A stretch of DNA of 63,492 bases, filler included, from Kipferlia bialata (GCA_003568945.1; 4 parts of 4 records of this genome joined end to end with filler, not necessarily neighbours in it), one strand, 5' to 3'. Counted from the first letter of the whole stretch, positions 1 to 14,384 are shown. Made by a program: numbers and translations. Notes: generated by a model from the sequence alone, not told the origin.

Positions 1-154
1 GGGGGCCCGGTCTTTTTTTTCGCCCCCCCCCCCCCCCACACACACACACACTGTCTCTCTCCCTCTCTCTCCCTCTCTCTCTCTCTCTCTCTCCCTCTCT
101 CTATGTCAGTCTTCCCTTCCGAAATCACTGAAGTGTCCCTCTTACTTACTATAG

Positions 155-3100
155 GCCACCCACCGTCTGTACAAACTGTGCAGCACAGCAGGCATAGTGG
201 GGTATCCACCTAGAGAGGAAGGTACGATCACACCTATATACATGATATTCAAATAGATTGTATCATACGAGTAACCCAAGTATATCTGTTAGAGAGGAAG
301 GTACCACAAGACCTAGTTGGGAGATTTATATACAAAACTGAGAATATAGATAGTTTATGGGGGTGGGGTCTCCTATATTCATGTATATATATAGTACATC
401 TCTGATACCAGGCGAGTCTGTGTTCTACCCCAAGCTACCCGATAGGGCCCTGTCAGCCCACTGGGATGGTATGTGTGGCAAGGCTAGACAGGCAGTACTC
501 GTGTCACTCAAGATAGTGGAAGGGGGGCAGAGGGCTAGTGGGAGAGAGAGAGAGAGAATGCAGGCAGGGGGGCAGAGAGCTACTGGGAGAGAGAGAGGTG
601 GGGTAGACCCAAGTTCACCTGATGCCCAATTAGACGGTAGTGACATTGAGAGAGAGAGAGGGGTGATGGATGCCCACTCCGATGCTGATTGGATATCTGC
701 TCTGGACGAGAGTGATGACACAGAGGGGGAGACGGAGAGAAAGAGGGGGGAAGAGAGAGAGTGTGGTGACTCAGAGGGGGAGGGAGACATGACAAGAGAG
801 GACTGGGGTCGTCGTCACCTTGCCCCTCCCCTGCGAGATGAGGAGAAGAGAGAGAGGGAGAGGGAGAGGGGGATAGTGGACAGGCGGTTCTCGGCCGGCA
901 AGCATGCATGGAGAGAAGATATACAGATGGGGGTGTTCGACATAGATGAGGAAGGGAGAGGGAGGAAGAGAGAGAGGGAGAGAGAGAGAGAGAATAGTGA
1001 CTCAGAGGGGAAGAGGGAGAGAGGGAGAGCTAGAGTTGTACTGGAGACAGGGATAGTTGGGGAGGCAGAGAGGGGTTGTGTGGGAGGAGTGCCGCTAGAG
1101 AGAGAGAGAGAGGTACTGGGGTCTACGGGGTCTATTCTCGCCAGTCCAGAGAGTGCCCCATGCAACAGGGATGTCTCTCACTTTCCTACACACACCCACT
1201 CGTGTCCTAGCATCCTACCCCCTGACACTCTCACAACGAGCCCACTACGGAGTCCTACACGATGTGATGCATCGCGTAATCCCCCCTATGCGAGTCTCCT
1301 CTCTCACGATGACGCACCTGTCGATGCAGAGCCTAGCTACATGGGCCTCACCACCCCACCCCTGCGGCATCAGAGACTATCCATGCACTCCAACACCCAG
1401 TACCCCCAGTCCCTTCAGTACAGCACTGCAGAGTGCTGTGAAAGAGGCTGTCTGAGGCAGTACCTGCACTTCCAGAGAGTGTATAGGGAGAGTAGGAGGG
1501 TGGGTAGGTACATGCCCCATGACCTTGAGACAGAGACTAGACTCCCACACTACCAGGTATGGCTTCAAAAGTAAAGAGATTGAATATATCATTCATATAT
1601 ATATTAGTATCACTGATATCAGGCGTCTGTCCCCTGCCTCTCTGAGCTAGAGACCCTACTAGGCAGCAGAGGAGGTTACCCTAGTAGGGAGGACAGAGTG
1701 TCCTTCATGCACAGGTGGATGCATCATTACTTATATATATTATTTATATATTGTATATATACTGATACTGATACTGAGTGTCACTCATGCACAGGTGGAT
1801 GCATCAATATATGTATATAGTATTTACATTTTATGTAGATACTGATAGTGTCAGTCTGATACTGAGTGTCACTCATGCAAAGGTGGATGCTTGGCCCACC
1901 TCTGGATGAGGGCACTGCATGGACACATCCCATGAGATGTCCATGTGATGAGGCTATAGGGTGTCTGATGGGGTGTGGGGCAAAGGTGGTGGCTAAGCTC
2001 AGACGCAACCTGTATAGAGTGAGGGAGACACAGGTTGCTGATGGCGCAGCACTGCACACTGCCCCTACTAGTGGGCGTCATCCATCCGGAGAGAGGTCAA
2101 TCACTACTGTGGAGAGTGCGTCTAGTCCACATAGTGTGGGTGCAGAGTCAAAGGAGACTGATCATGCACTAGACAGCGGGAGAGCTGGGTATGACACTGA
2201 TACTGCAAGTGACACCCCCATTAGTGGCGATGCAGGGTCCATACTGCCGCCCACGCCAGTTGGTGTTGATGCTACCTTCGTTGAGGTTCAGTCACCTGGT
2301 GCACTTGAGAGAGAGAGTGATGTCCCTGACATGCCCCCTAAGGATGCCTCCCCTGAGCTCAGCTTCCTGGACTCCTCCTCCTCTGACCCAGTGTCAGAGC
2401 ACATGCACTTAGACACAGAGTGTGCAGCAACAGTAGACGGAGAACACATACTGGCAGAGACGGTAGGACGGGGGGCTGAGTCCATTGATCGCACCTGCAA
2501 TGGGCACTCTTCACCCTTTACACTCCTTTCAGACTCTGAGTTGGATTCAGAGACAGGGTCTGACAGCTACAGTGACCTACAGCCACCACCCCTCCCCAAG
2601 GACCTCTTGCCAGCTACCCAGGCTCCATCAACACCTTCTACGTCAAGTGCAAGGTGTACTGTCCCTCGTCGTCGTTCTAGGTCAACTACTAGATCTATTA
2701 TTGCCGAGCATCACCCAAGGCTAGCTAACACCGACACTTTCCAAGGCACAAAGGATATGCGCCTGCTTGAGGGGTACACCAACGACAACTACACGACACC
2801 CTCTGCTGCCAAGAAGGCCCTACTCAGTGCGCTTAAAACTACGCGATTGGAGCTTGACGTGGCCCGTCAGGCACACAATGGTGTAGGACCTATCCTTCGT
2901 GCCTTCATTGGAGAGTGGTTTGTGGATCATATGCAGGAGCTTCGGCTATCAGAGCGTGCTATAGCAGCTGTACTCAAGACACAGACCCGTCACGTGAGGA
3001 CTTTCCACAGCAGCATAGTATCAGAGAGAACACAGGGGGCTGAGAGTGTTAAGCAGCGACCAGTCGCTAAGACCAAGCCCAAGAATACTGGTAGAGGGAG

Positions 3101-6100
3101 AAGGAAAGGGAGAGGGAGAGGGAGAAACACAGAGTACCGTCCCGGTGCCAAGCCGTGCAGCGCTAATTTATTGTGGGCTAAGAGTCCTACTGAGCAGAGA
3201 CAGAAGAGACCTACGGCTACTTCTTCTAGTCTTCCTCCTGCCACGGTTACTAGGGAGGACGCCGTGGGTGAGTGCAGCGCCAAGCGGTGGAAGACTATAT
3301 GGAGACTGAGCGTCAGAACTCCAAGGGTGTACCCCCCAGCACCAGTGGGTACTGATCCTCTCCCCTGTGGTATGACGCCAAGCGTGAGCCCCCTGTCCGA
3401 GGCTGAGGTGTCCACTCCGTCACTAGTATGCACACCGCCACTTGTATCTGCTAGTCTCAACATCGGTGGCAACACCACAGACACTGGTGCTGTGGTTGGG
3501 GGAGGGTCTGACCTCAAGATCCAGACTACCCCTGACAGAACAGCTGCTTGGGTGGCCCTGGGAACACCAGCCATCCCATCTCTACCTAGTACCCCTCCAC
3601 TCTTCGCCGTTGCCATTCCTTCAGTGGCCAGTCCTGCCCAGCTTCAGACGGTAACCACGGAAAATATGGATGTTGCTAAACTGGCAGACCCCGGTAGGTC
3701 ATCTAGTGGCGTCAACGCCGATACCTCTGGGAAGACTGTGGCCAGTGACCCAGTTCCCAGCCCACCACCTTGCAAGCGCACTCCACCTGCTACCCCCACA
3801 GCAACAAGTCCCAATGCACCACCTTGCAAGCGCACTCCTCCACCTGCTACCCCCACAGCATCAAGTCCCACTGCATCTCCTGTTGTGGCACCCTCCAGTT
3901 ACTCCCCACCTGCTGCCCCAGCAACCCACGCTGCATCTACTGTCGTTAGCACACATGCTACTTGCCCTCCACCTGTTGCCCCACCCCACTCCCCAACAGC
4001 AAGTGTCAGTTGGACCCCTACCACTCCATCCTCCATACTCGACATGCCCTCTTCCGCCAGTTTCAAGCGTCCTAGAAGTCCTAGACGTCCTAGAAGACAA
4101 TTATATAGTGCACCCACTACTGTAACTAGCCAAGAGATGCTCGCTACCTATAGCTACAGACTCAGGGTGGTTCCAACATCTATATGCAGGCTGCTCGGCT
4201 GTGGAGCCAGAGCTCTGGTTGCTGCACTCGAGCACGTCGACTCTCACGCTCACCATGCTGGTCCTACTCCAGCTCACTACACTCCATATGTGTTGTCTAC
4301 CGCTATACCCAAAAGAACTAGGAAGTCCAGGGACCTTGCCCTCCTTCAGGACTACAGTCACCCTGCATACACCACTGCCTTGCAGGTATAAGACGCACAA
4401 GTCCGAGTGTATTCTTTGTAACTACTGTATATACGATGGAGTTACTGTCTGACCCTAGGCCAAGCATGCCTTTCATGTTTACTACATTTATACTTACGGT
4501 GGTATTGTATCTTCCCTTCTAACATCAGGCCAACCATGATCTTCATGTTAACTATATTATTACTTACAGTGGTATTGTATCTTCCCTTCTAATCTCAGGC
4601 CAAGCATGCCCTTCTCCTAGACCTCAAGGCATTCAAGAGTAAAGTGCAACAGCAGAGACATCAACACTACAATGTGACACCTCTCAGGGGATCATTCTGC
4701 AGAAAGTGGTTCCTCAGGGAGATTGAAGTCGTCGACATTGAGCCGAGTTCTCCTCCAGAGGCAGTGGAGTCTCTCACTCGGTCTCAAGTGGAGAGTAATC
4801 GACCAGAGGGTACTGCCCCACAGCCATCTGGTGTTGGCATTGATCAGCAGCCAGTCCTTGACCCTGCAGTCTCTAGCCCTGCTGGTTCCTTTGACAGTGG
4901 GATCTTTGACACCTTGTGCTGCAGAAGACGTAAGTTGTCCACGATTGTAGAATACTACCAACCCACCATTGTATACGAGTAGGTCTCTCTTGATGTTGCC
5001 GCTCCCTCTATTTGTTTCTGTTGCCACGACCTCACTCAGAATGTCTGAAGAGCTCCTCCACCAGCATCCGTCTCCATGTTATGACAGAGGTGCATAAGTA
5101 TAAAGGGACATCTGAGGTATAGTACTGTATATTATTGTTTATGACCTAGCTGCAGAACCTGTCCTTCTAGTTGAAAGAAACTGCGTATGGTAGGGGACAT
5201 AGTCTCACTTGAAACCCGTAATATAACCCTTTCTCCAACCCTGATATCTAAGGCGATCGGGTGGCTGGTACTACTACTATCATGTAAATCATGCTATCTT
5301 AGGCACTCCCACCAGAGGTCTAATACATATATATCCCACTTCCATCTATGTATGGTTTGCTAACAACTCTTACCTAAGGCTGATCCGGTGGCTCGCATGG
5401 CCTTGGCCAAGGTGGTGGGACTCATCTCAACAGACAAGGGAGTCCCATGCTACAAGAGTGTGACGCTGCTGACAGGGGCGTCTACTGCCGATATACATGA
5501 GGTAAAGGGTCAAGAATAGGAGACGTATACCTAAATTGTACAATTTAACCATATATACTACTAATGCTAGGCCCGACTGCACCACACAGGAAAGGCACCC
5601 AAGAGAAGAAAGAAGGTATATATTTACATTACTGAAGATTATTGCACATTAACCACGCCGTATGTTACTTTAGCGACATTTTACTGTTGATGTGTCTAAT
5701 ACTAACTGCTATCGATATCAGAGGGATATATAAAGGAGTACATGAATCACATATCCATCCTCACACTAGGCCCGCCCTGTAAGGAAGGGTACACATGTCA
5801 CTCGCACGGTACGCAACAAGTACAAAATCTATTATACTCTTACATACTCATCATATATTAGACATTACAATGATGAGTGGTAGTGTAGAAGAATACACTA
5901 TATATATTATTATATATATATATTATATTGTATACTATCTAGTACATATAGTATCTATAGTAAATATGAGGAAATATGAGGAAGAGATCGTGCTCACTCC
6001 AGGCTAGAATTGCCGGTGTACGCAAGACCACACCCCTGAGAGGAGTCCTATTGGAGCAGTCACTGAGGAACACCAAGTGTGATCAGGTTGTTGATGTAGA

Positions 6101-7712
6101 GCCAAGTGCCCCTCCAGTGGGAGGCGGGTCTCTCTCTCCCTCTCGTGTAGACACTACTCAGGATGGGGAGAGTGGTACACAAGACAGCAATCAGTCTGAT
6201 GGAAGTCTCTACCAGCCACAGCATGTAACTGACGACGCTAGCGCTGCTGAGTCATTTGACTATGGGGTCTTTGAGTCGATATGCTGCAGCAAAGGTGAGT
6301 GCTGATATAGTAATAATGACATGTATTATACATATACAGTGTATATTATACACTGTAAACTCAGCCTCAGCAAAGACGCACACTTGGCGTCTCTTCCAGA
6401 CGTCAATATCTATTCTACGCCTAACGACGCTAATTATTATCTGTTGTATAAATTTATTTCTACGCCTAATCGTTCAGAGTGTCTACGCGGCACCTCAGCT
6501 AGCCTTCGTCTCAAGGTTATGACTGTGCTAGACAAGGACTCACAGCGTTCAGAAGGGGCATCAAAGGTTAGGATATACATGAAACTGTGACATTCTAACA
6601 CAAACAGTATATCATTGGACCCTATGTTGGTAATTTTTTGTAATTGTGGTAAGCGCTTTGACTCCAACCCAAGGGTAGGTATGTTGTTGGTAACACGGCC
6701 TTGCGGGATGTCGTGAGGCTCCTGTACTCCAGCAAGGGCAACTGTTGTTACAAGAGTGTGCAGCTGTTGACACGGACGTCGAACAAGAGGATACAACAGG
6801 TATGATACTCAAGAGATTGGAGAAGTATAATTATAGATACTATAATGTATAGGGCATAGGCGTCTGAAGCGTCTGAAGCGTTTGAAGTTGCTGACAGGTC
6901 ATCGATAGAACAAGAAAACACTGAACGTATGGATAATATTTGTGTCCCTGATGATATTTAGGGGCTTAGTATACACTGTGTATTGTTTGTCGTATATGCT
7001 TAGTGCTGATGCAGCGCTACGTAGTATCTACACAACTCATATCACAACATCGCTGCCCGGCTCATACCCGAGATGTTCATTTACATATCGAGACCATAAA
7101 TTCTGCTTCAGTCTGTCATTCAATTCACCCTCATACTAGGCACGGGCACAATCAGGCCGAGCCAAGGTGTCCAGGGGAAGACAAAAGGTAGACTCTAATG
7201 TAGATACACATGTACATTGTGGTGCATTCAATATGCCCATGAACACTCAATAACGCCACGTTATGATCTTCATCCTGGTGTGCATAGGCAGTGTACACGT
7301 AGCAATTACCCCCAATCCAGGCTAGTTATAAATAATGATATATAATATGTAGTGTTTCTATATATCATTATAGCCACTGCACACAAGACAACCCTCAGGG
7401 GAGTGCTGTAAATCATTACTATTATGTATACTCATTCTCACCCTAGGCCAAGGTACACCAGACCCGCTCTTCAAGGAAGGGTACACTGGACACTCGTGCG
7501 GTATGTATGGAGAGAGGGTAGTATATCTATCATACGACTCATGGACAACGGATAGTCAATTGGGATATGACTGATCGTGTGGGTAGGTGTAAGGTATGAA
7601 TTCATGTTTACTTCAGTCTAGTGTAGCATCAGGACGCAAGATCACCCCCCTGAGAGGAGTGCTGTTGGAGCAGTCACTGACTCAAGGCTTCAGAAACGCA
7701 AAGGGGAAGTGA
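155..7712 (+). CDS. Large multi-exon hypothetical protein with repeated Cys-containing modules and Pro/Ser/Thr-rich linkers (5' partial; could be two genes)
   Basis: In-frame GT-AG exons include ~411-1555, 1623-1714, 1883-4386 and 4599-~4928, plus later small exons ending ...KITPLRGVLLEQSLTQGFRNAKGK* (TGA 7710-7712). Repeated peptides are CC-x3-CL, CYKSVxLLT, TPLRG and SFD.G.F...CC. Confidence 0.6.
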
Positions 7713-8096
7713 TCGGAGAGAGAGTGGGAGTCTCTGCTAGATTATGACCACAACTTGTGGGTAACATATCAATTGGACAGCATAGATCATTTCAATAGAG
7801 GAACTAGAACCAAAACGAGTATACTGTATTGGTCACACAGAATGACGATAATCTATGTATACAAGAATCAGCTCTTCTGGGTCTGAGTGTGATTGGGAAT
7901 CATCTCACAGTACTACAAGTTGTAGTCTACAACTGTTGATAGTACCTATAACACTAAACACTATGGTATTATCCTATCTACTCCTCGGCGTCTGGTGGAC
8001 ATTTGACTAAATTCAATGGATTATCACTGAGAATGACTGACTAATACTCTATTCATCATTGTTAACACTATCTACTGTCTAGATATGGTATATGAT

Positions 8097-8995
8097 CTAC
8101 TCCTCGGGGTCCGACCGTGGCTGGGAGTCCTCGGTGGTCAGCAACATCTGGTTGTTGCCCTGAGGGTTAAGGGTGTAGAGAGAGAGAGAGAGAGGGAGAG
8201 AGGGAGAGGGGGAGAGAGATTGTTTATGCACCACACAGTCTAAAACCATGTGTGCGTATATACAAATATACATACAAACGATACATACCCGAGTAGGCCC
8301 CTCCTCAAATTGCTCTGAATACAATACACAGACCGAAACATGTGTATAGAGATACACGCACACCATATTAAGATAATAAACTCTATATATGAATACCTGA
8401 GCAGGCTCCTCCTCGAAGGGGAAGGGACCTCTGTCGTCAGATATCCACTGCTCACAGTGGATGTTCTCTTGAGGGTTAGAGTAGCTATATATCCAATGCA
8501 GACAAGAGAGAGAGATAGAGAGAGAACCTGACTCTGGCCCTCTGTCCATGGCCATATCTATATAATTGTATATATGTAGAGAGGGCGGGAGAGAGAGAGA
8601 CAGAAGAGAGGGATATACACACCTGACTCTGGGCCTCTGTCCATGGCTGCCCTATCATTACATTGTGCATATATGTACAATATACATTACTCATTGCAGT
8701 GTATATGTTACTATGTACACCATACCTGACTCGGGGCCTCTGTCCATGGCAGCCCACTCGGCAGGGGTAGGCTTCTTGTGCACAACATGGGGCTCTTCTA
8801 GGGTTAGTTAATACATATGGAAGGAGGGGGTTGCTCTTCTAGGGTAAGCAAAATCTTACTAAAACAGCTAGACAGGGGGGGGGGGGGGATCATATGAGGC
8901 TCTTCTGGGAGTTAGACGTATGCTACAAACAGTAAAACAGGGACAGGATTGGGGGGGGGGGGGGGGGGGAGGTCAGACACACCAGAAGAGGGGAA

Positions 8996-9029
<34 letters not shown>

Positions 9030-11316
9030 GAATTACCCCTCTCCCAGTGTGTCTCTCCCTAAGTACAACCTCAGTATACTCTCTCAGCGGGGTACCCACC
9101 ATAATATAGTCTGCCTGGGCATGGAGAGATGCATACTCGGGAGTAAGGACAGACTAGTCACACTACACTATCAGTGAACAAAGGGTCTAGTGAACAGAAG
9201 TTGAATAAGGGTCTAGTGTTCTTGCATGATAAGGTAATAGACTATTACCGTAATAGTGACTTCCTGGAGAGAGGTTTTGGGCATCCAAGCACTTGATGAT
9301 GACTGTGTGAGGCTCGATACCAGCCCAATCGCTTGGCGTGGCAGGGGGGATGGGGAGATATATGTGACAGACTGGGCGACTGCTGCTGATTGCTCGACTC
9401 AGTGACTGAGTTCAGTCATAGAGAAGCTGGACTGCATCTAGGGACCGTAGACGTCTTGTAGTGTTGTAATCAGCGTGTGAATGGATTATATGGAACTTCC
9501 ATATCGGAAAGTAGCGTTACATCGTGTGAGGTTGACAGAGTAAGTGTGTCAATGAGATATATAATCTGTCGCATGCTGGTCAGGTTGAGACGGCAGAGGG
9601 CTTCGAGTGTAAGACCGTGTCCCGATGGTCCCTTTCCCTAATGACTCCATAACGGGTCCACCAGGGGTGGTATATGGTTTTGTGATACAACTACCGAAGT
9701 GAAGGTCAGGACGTCGTGAATTGTATAGGCCCTACATATATGTATCATAATGTGACTCACTAATACAGTCTATATGGGGTGATCACCACTGTAGTAGTCA
9801 AAACTGTAAAGAGGGGGAACTGCAGGCAAATGTCAGTAGCATCGTGGGGAAGGGGGGTGTATCCCTGACAAGAGAAGACATATACTGTGTGTAACAGGCT
9901 GCATGAAGAAATGTTACCCACACATAGGGCAGATATATGTTCTCATAGTCAGAACCAGTAACAGTATAGGAGCGAGGAGATGAGTATCAACATACATCGC
10001 AGGACGAACTTTAACATGCATGGGAACCCATTTGTGATATGCTACCTCCTCCCTCATACTCCTAGACCCCCAGCGATGACAGAACCGTCCATGAAAAGGG
10101 TTAGAATCAGGGTCACTATCAGAATCAGTATACATAGTATTCCTCCACATCAGACCCCTACACCCCTAGTCCCCCAGCAATGACTAAGTCAGCCATAAAC
10201 AGGGTCAGGATGGGACCCCCAAACACATGCTTCTCACGCTGGAAGACCTCCTCTTCGGTCAGACCAGGCTCAGAGACGGACCCATGCTCCTTCACGTTCT
10301 TACAGAACTCATGCCAGATGAACTGAAGTGGGGGGGGGTGTTTGGGCAAGGATATATGCCAGAGTGCATGTACCAGTACAACTATAGTACTGCTAACAAT
10401 TCACAATATCAACACTATACTAACCGGTGGCAGTATCTTCCTTCTGGAGCTCTCCTCCATCAACTGGGAGTGGTCAATGCTGATGGGGTTAGTGTCAACA
10501 TCAGTTACTGATGTTACATCAGTATCAGTACTTTAGAGATACTACATAGAATCTCTACTGGGTTTATGATACACTCCTCTATCAATTAAGTGTGGTCAAT
10601 GCTGATGGAGTTAGAGGGATACACAGTATACTAATACTAAAACTCTTATAGTAATAGGTTACTATACATATCGACCATTGAGTACTATATAGAGTGAAAA
10701 TGAAATGATCATGAGCATCATTGGTAGTGGTCACTGATAGAGGGGTTAGAAGGAGAGCTTATACAGAAGCATATCAATTGAGTGATGTAAATTGATGCAA
10801 CAGTAACAGTAGTGGAAATAGAGAGAACTGTCAAGTTCACCCCCATCTCAGAAGTGTATCTTCAAGAGACTCTCTTGTTATATAAATAGGGTCGATAGTA
10901 TAGACTCTAATCACTATATTAGTATAATTAGAGGATATCTAGTATAATACTTCATGGGTGATACCTTGACCCAAACATCTCCAGGAGTGTGTGCCCATCC
11001 TCCATCCACTGACATACCACATCGTACTGGGCATCTGACACATTGATGAAGGGGTCTCTCTCATCAACCATGATACTGACACTGGGGGTGAGGGTGGAGA
11101 GGGATGAACACAACATACCCTTTCACAAAAGAGATATATATATATATATATGTATACGTACCAGCTGGCTGTAAAGTGGCGACAGTAGACCCGGAGGATC
11201 CAAGTGGGCACCATAGTGACATCATCTAACACAAGCCCCTGTCTCTCCTTGGACCCAACAGACTGACAGGACAGTAGCATGGCAATGTACTCAGACATAT
11301 CCTTCTTCCTCTTCAT
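8097..11316 (-). CDS. Multi-exon hypothetical protein
   Basis: ATG at 11316 (MKRKKDMSEYIAMLL) lies below a CpG-rich non-repetitive stretch. Exons with typical acceptors encode IDHSQLMEESSRRKILPP, FIWHEFCKNVKEHG, EEPHVVHKKPTPAEWAAMDRGPES, ENIHCEQWISDDRGPFPFEEEPAQ and GNNQMLLTTEDSQPRSDPEE*. The middle exons are uncertain. Confidence 0.55.
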
Positions 11317-11662
11317 CCCTGTTAGTGTATGACCTACTTAAGAACTGCCAAGAGAAGAGGCTCTTGAAAAGGTGGGCCATCTTAGGTCACTATTCTAATG
11401 AAACTATGTCGGATTTTTCCGATATTCAAAACGTGGCCGTTCGTCGACAAGCACCTCTCCTAATGATGTTTGGATAACACAATTACGCGTTTGAAAGGCG
11501 CTACGGAATACACTGTCACAGCAACCACCATATAGACATAAAGGGGTACAATTTAGTCACCAGAAAACAACAGTATACACACACAAAAGTAAGTTGCCGG
11601 TTATTGATTATTCATATCGACAGGTAAGAGAGTAACAACTACTCTCTATGTTCCACTAGCCC

Positions 11663-13222
11663 TCACTCGAATATCTCCCCTAGGTTAGGGTCTGAGACCA
11701 CTAGGACATCGACACCAGAGGCCACAAGACGGTCACCTGGGGTGAGTGATCTCCATGCCCATACACCAATATGTATTCACTATTAATACACTATATTCAT
11801 TCTACAATCACCCTACACGCAATATATACACATCCCTACCTCCTGGCACCCCTATGCTCTCCATGCCCATCCCAGGGTCTGTGTCATTGGGGATGGGGTT
11901 GATGGGGTCAGGGGACACAATGGGGTCACCTGGGGGTGGGTGCATGTATGTATACTACACTGTGGAATGAGGCATATATACATCTATATTTATACCATGC
12001 AATATATTTATATTCACTATCTATATATCCCTATCTATATATATACACTATACATACCCTGTATCTGGGGCTGTGACAGCAGCATCTCAGAGGCATCGGG
12101 CAGGGGGTCAGGCTGGGGATTAGAGAGTGTCATATATGTGCATATGAATGTATGCGTATCTATATTAATATCTATTAATATATACTATATATGTATATAT
12201 ATGTGTGTCTCAGAGGCATCGGGAAGGGGGTCAGGCTGGGGTGAGTACATACTGAGCCAGGGTATATGTTTGTGACATCTATCTGTCTATATATCAATAC
12301 CTGTGCCTGTCTGGATGCCAGACTTGGGAATTATATATATGTCTATATGTATCTCTCTCTCTCTATATATATACTACACATACTATACATACTACATACC
12401 TGTGCCTGTCTGGACGCCAGCCTTGGGATGTAGATATAGGATACCCTATACAGTAGTATATATATATAGTATATACATATAATAATGTGTTAGAATACCT
12501 GTGCCTGTGCCTGTCTGGATACCAGTCTGGGGTTGTATATGGTGTCTATATATATATCTATATACATATATACCTGTGCCTGTGCCTGTCTGGATGCCAG
12601 CCTTGGGTTGTAGGCAGAGCTGTCAGCAGTGGGGAGCCTGGGGGTGAGTTATGGACAATATATACATGTATATATACTTGTATATACCATATACCTGATC
12701 ATGTCGCTGTGCCCTGACAGTGCTGTGCCGGGTCTCACAGAGTACCCAGTGCCCTGGAAGCCTAGGGGGTGAGAGGATATATATATATACACACACATAT
12801 ATATATATAAATAGAGAGAGAGAGAGAGAGAGTACCCAGTGCCCTGGAAGCCTAGGGGTGAGGTGCATGGCTATATTCCAATAACGTATATATACGGTAT
12901 AGGAAGGTGCAGACATAAGAATACAAAGACTCTCACACACATCCACCCACCTTGGTCCTGCTGTCTGTGGGTGTATCTACAGTACACAGCTAGTAGTATA
13001 TATACACAACAACCCACAGCTAGTAGTATATACACAAATCCACCCACCTTGGTCCTGCTGTCTGTGGGCATCTGCACCTGGGGGTGAGTGGTAGGTACAT
13101 ACACACATACATACATATATATATATATATAAATAGAGAGAGAGAGAGAGAGTTGTGTGCATCGGCACCTGGGGGGTGAGGGGTAGGTACATACACACAC
13201 ATATACATCTATATATATAAAA

Positions 13223-13257
<35 letters not shown>

Positions 13258-13623
13258 CGCACCGTATGATGCCTGTGGCAGTCTGACACTCTGTCTGGAC
13301 CCCCTGCTGGGCTGTCTCTCTCTCTCCCTCTCCCTCTCTCTGTATGAGTCTCTCCCCCTGTGTGAGTGGGAGGGGGACCGCTGGTCCTGGGGGGCCTGGG
13401 GGGTGAGGTATCTTAGTATAATATAATATAATAATAACTTAGTATAATATAAGAATGTATATATATATGTATATATGTAAATAACCGCTGGTCCTGGGGG
13501 GCCTGAGGGGTGAGGTATCTGCAGAGATATACAATGTACTTACTGTTATGCCATTATAATATATCAGTCTATACACCCTACCTGCACCGACCCCTGCAGG
13601 TTGTACAGCATGGTGGCAGAGGA

Positions 13624-13660
<37 letters not shown>

Positions 13661-13777
13661 CATACACTATATATACATATCTCTCTCCATACCTGCACCG
13701 ACCCCTGCAGGTTGTACAGCATGGTGGCAGAGGACTCCAGTGACTGGTCTAGGCCACGCTGGTCCAGGGAGCTGTAC
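11663..13777 (-). CDS. 3' part of a multi-exon hypothetical, low-complexity protein (5' end absent)
   Basis: Eight small phase-compatible exons run YSSLDQRGLDQSLESSATMLYNLQGSVQ / APQDQRSPSHSHRGRDSY... / ADAHRQQDQ / FQGTGYSVRPGTALSGHSDMI / LPTADSSAYNPRLASRQAQAQ / PDPLPDASEMLLSQPQIQ / DPIVSPDPINP... / DRLVASGVDVLVVSDPNLGEIFE*. Confidence 0.65.
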
Positions 13778-13876
13778 CTGTGGTTATAAGGTCTATACTT
13801 CAACATGTATTAGTGCATCTATCTATATCTATATCTATATATATATATCGAGGTGACTGGTCTAGGCCACGATGGT

Positions 13877-13929
<53 letters not shown>

Positions 13930-14220
13930 CATATATAGCCCCTTTACCTTCTAGCTCCTTGGCCGCACTGTCCGTGTCTCCTCTGCCTCTGTCTTTTTTT
14001 CTCTCTCTCTCTCTATATATATAGTATGTACCTATATACTCACCCCTAGCTCCTTGGCCGAACTCTCTCTCTATATATATATATAAATATGCATATCCCC
14101 CTCACCCCCAGCTCCTGGGTAGGACTGTGCGTGTCTCCTCTGGCACCCATATATATATATTTATATATACATGTATATATAGATATGCATATACCCCCCC
14201 CCCCCCTTCCCTCATCCGAG

Positions 14221-14384
14221 CTCTTGGGCAGGACTGTCCGTGTCTCCTCTGGCACCAGGGCACCCATCCTCAGTGACGAGAGGTTCATGGTCAAGGTATA
14301 GATAGATATTCTTTTGTTTGTATCATTATTCCTCATTCTTGCTCCCACCTCCATCCCCCAGCTTACCCCAGACCAACACCCTTA

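Noticed and set aside
13945..13995. Apparent minus-strand exon with a GT donor that could continue the 11663-13777 gene
   Set aside because: It is an echo of the plus-strand exon at 14221. The reverse complement of this genome's acceptor motif routinely mimics a donor.
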